Assembly (NCBI GenBank): GCA_031372065.1
Contig: JANMKN010000311.1
Location: 1 to 27,072, forward strand
DNA length: 27,072 nt
Origin: Abditibacteriaceae bacterium
Lineage (GTDB): Bacteria; Armatimonadota; Abditibacteriia; Abditibacteriales; Abditibacteriaceae
Direction of reading: 5' to 3'
Made by a program: the position numbers and the translations under genes. The notes under the pieces were generated by a model, which was not told where the DNA came from, ran no database searches, and saw nothing but the letters and a program-made list of their open reading frames with translations. The stretch's first letter is position 1; each line of letters begins with the position of its first letter. Below are positions 25,917-27,072 of the stretch, piece after piece.

Positions 25917-26874
25917 TTTTCTTTTCCGGCAAAGATTTTTGCACGGCGAAATAGGCGCCTGCACTCAGCACGATGACCAATAATCCGGCCCACAGCATCG
26001 CCATTTTTTCGTCGCGCGTGAACTGGAAAAATTTCAAATTCGGCAGCGCGATGGCGAGGCCGATGGGCAGCAAACCCGGCATCGGTAGCGTTGAAAATTG
26101 CACGATCATCAGCGTGAAAAAGATAAAAGGTGTCGCTAATTTGGCTGCGCCGCGCCAGTTCATGCCGTTGAGATGCAGCGCGGCAAAAAGCAGCCCTAAA
26201 AACAGATAATCGCCGACGCCGATGCGCAGCGGTTCGATGGCAAAGTGCGCATTTTTCGAGAGCGCTCCGGCAGCGGGCAGACTGGGCATCGCTTTTTGCG
26301 CGATTTGTGGGGCTTTTTCGATGATCTGCGAAACTGGCCCGGCAAACAGCACGCCCCAAATGTCAATGAGCGCCACAACGCCGCAAATTGGCCCCAGCAT
26401 ATTCGGCGAATTGATGAGGCGGGCTACAAGGTTACCTCCGAAAATGGCAGCGCCCATCAGCGAAGCATCGCTTGCCAATTGCACAAATTGAAGTAGCAAA
26501 ATCGCGCTCGATGGCGGCGTTTGTTTGGCTTTGCGCGCGGCACGAATTGGTTCGATAACGGCGGCCAAACCCCAATGGTCAATGGCCCACCAAAGGGCAA
26601 CGCATAACAACAAACCCGTCACCAAATAAAGCGCTTTAAGCTGCGTGCGCGTGCCCAGCGCGATGACTTGCACCACGGCGTAAACGTAAAGGCCTGTGGT
26701 GAGCAGGGCCAACGCCAGCGCCGCCAAACGGTTTGGCAGCGGCACATAAGGCGAGAGCAAAAAGAGCGCGAAAATCAGCGCCATCCACAGCCATGGCGAT
26801 TCGCCGGGCCGCGTCGAGACTGAGTTTTCTTGGCTTTTGGGCGCCTGATTTACGATGGCTTCTTCAACGGACAC
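25867..26874 (-). CDS. Polytopic membrane protein with presenilin/SPP-like GxGD aspartyl protease motifs
   Basis: About 9 hydrophobic segments. LIDIWGV (Asp at 26362-26364), IGVGDY (26209-26220), PGL (26071-26079) in the A22 order. Confidence 0.65.
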   Translation of the reverse strand: MSVEEAIVNQAPKSQENSVSTRPGESPWLWMALIFALFLLSPYVPLPNRLAALALALLTTGLYVYAVVQVIALGTRTQLKALYLVTGLLLCVALWWAIDHWGLAAVIEPIRAARKAKQTPPSSAILLLQFVQLASDASLMGAAIFGGNLVARLINSPNMLGPICGVVALIDIWGVLFAGPVSQIIEKAPQIAQKAMPSLPAAGALSKNAHFAIEPLRIGVGDYLFLGLLFAALHLNGMNWRGAAKLATPFIFFTLMIVQFSTLPMPGLLPIGLAIALPNLKFFQFTRDEKMAMLWAGLLVIVLSAGAYFAVQKSLPEKKTPSPALPLKRQGEGRN

Positions 26875-27051
26875 CCTGCGATTTTATCGTAATTCGCGCG
26901 CTAAGTCGAAGAAACGGCGCTACGATGCAGGTGGAAATTCAGAGCAACGCAAGTCAAAACACAACGCGGCGAAGTTAAGGTCGAAGAGACACCTTATTCA
27001 AACTAAGCACCCCAACAAAATTAAATTGAACTATGAGCAAGGGCAAGCTAC

Positions 27052-27072
27052 GGAGCGCGGGCGTCTCGCCCG
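27052..27072. repeat. REP-like palindrome at the window edge
   Basis: GGAGCG followed by the hairpin CGGGCG-TCT-CGCCCG; resembles RAYT-associated REP units. Only one copy is visible and it is truncated. Confidence 0.4.

Noticed and set aside
26875..27050. Riboswitch or ncRNA in the terminal intergenic region
   Set aside because: Only a short TAAGGT/ACCTTA hairpin; no recognisable family consensus.

Overview
Bacterial chromosomal window of moderate GC from a diderm organism; gene content and codon style suggest Abditibacteriota/Armatimonadota (inference). Left to right: (1) the 3' end of an operon with two secreted FG-GAP/ASPIC-UnbV (CRTAC1-like) proteins and a UnbU/RnfD-like membrane protein; (2) a ~19% GC intergenic tract with nested inverted repeats and 7-nt periodicity, followed by a small gene remnant; (3) a trans-envelope signalling locus: an NsrA-like FecR+TPR+TonB-receptor-like barrel protein, an inverted low-GC secreted passenger-like beta-helix protein with no translocator, and a CHASE2 class III cyclase with non-canonical Glu/Thr specificity residues; (4) an operon DUF5693-like, REC-GGDEF, core MetE, csaB (with an in-frame heptamer inverted repeat), histidine phosphatase, SurA/PpiC-TPR; (5) a ChdC/Cld-family gene, a general stress protein, leuS, a REP-like doublet, and a presenilin/SPP-like GxGD membrane protein. 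The best candidate for an undescribed system is (3). The receptor barrel and the adjacent secreted gene share a low-GC block that begins inside the receptor gene, suggesting a swappable receptor/ligand (or exporter/cargo) cassette wired to a cyclase that may not make cAMP. All family calls come from motif recognition by eye; no database searches were run.
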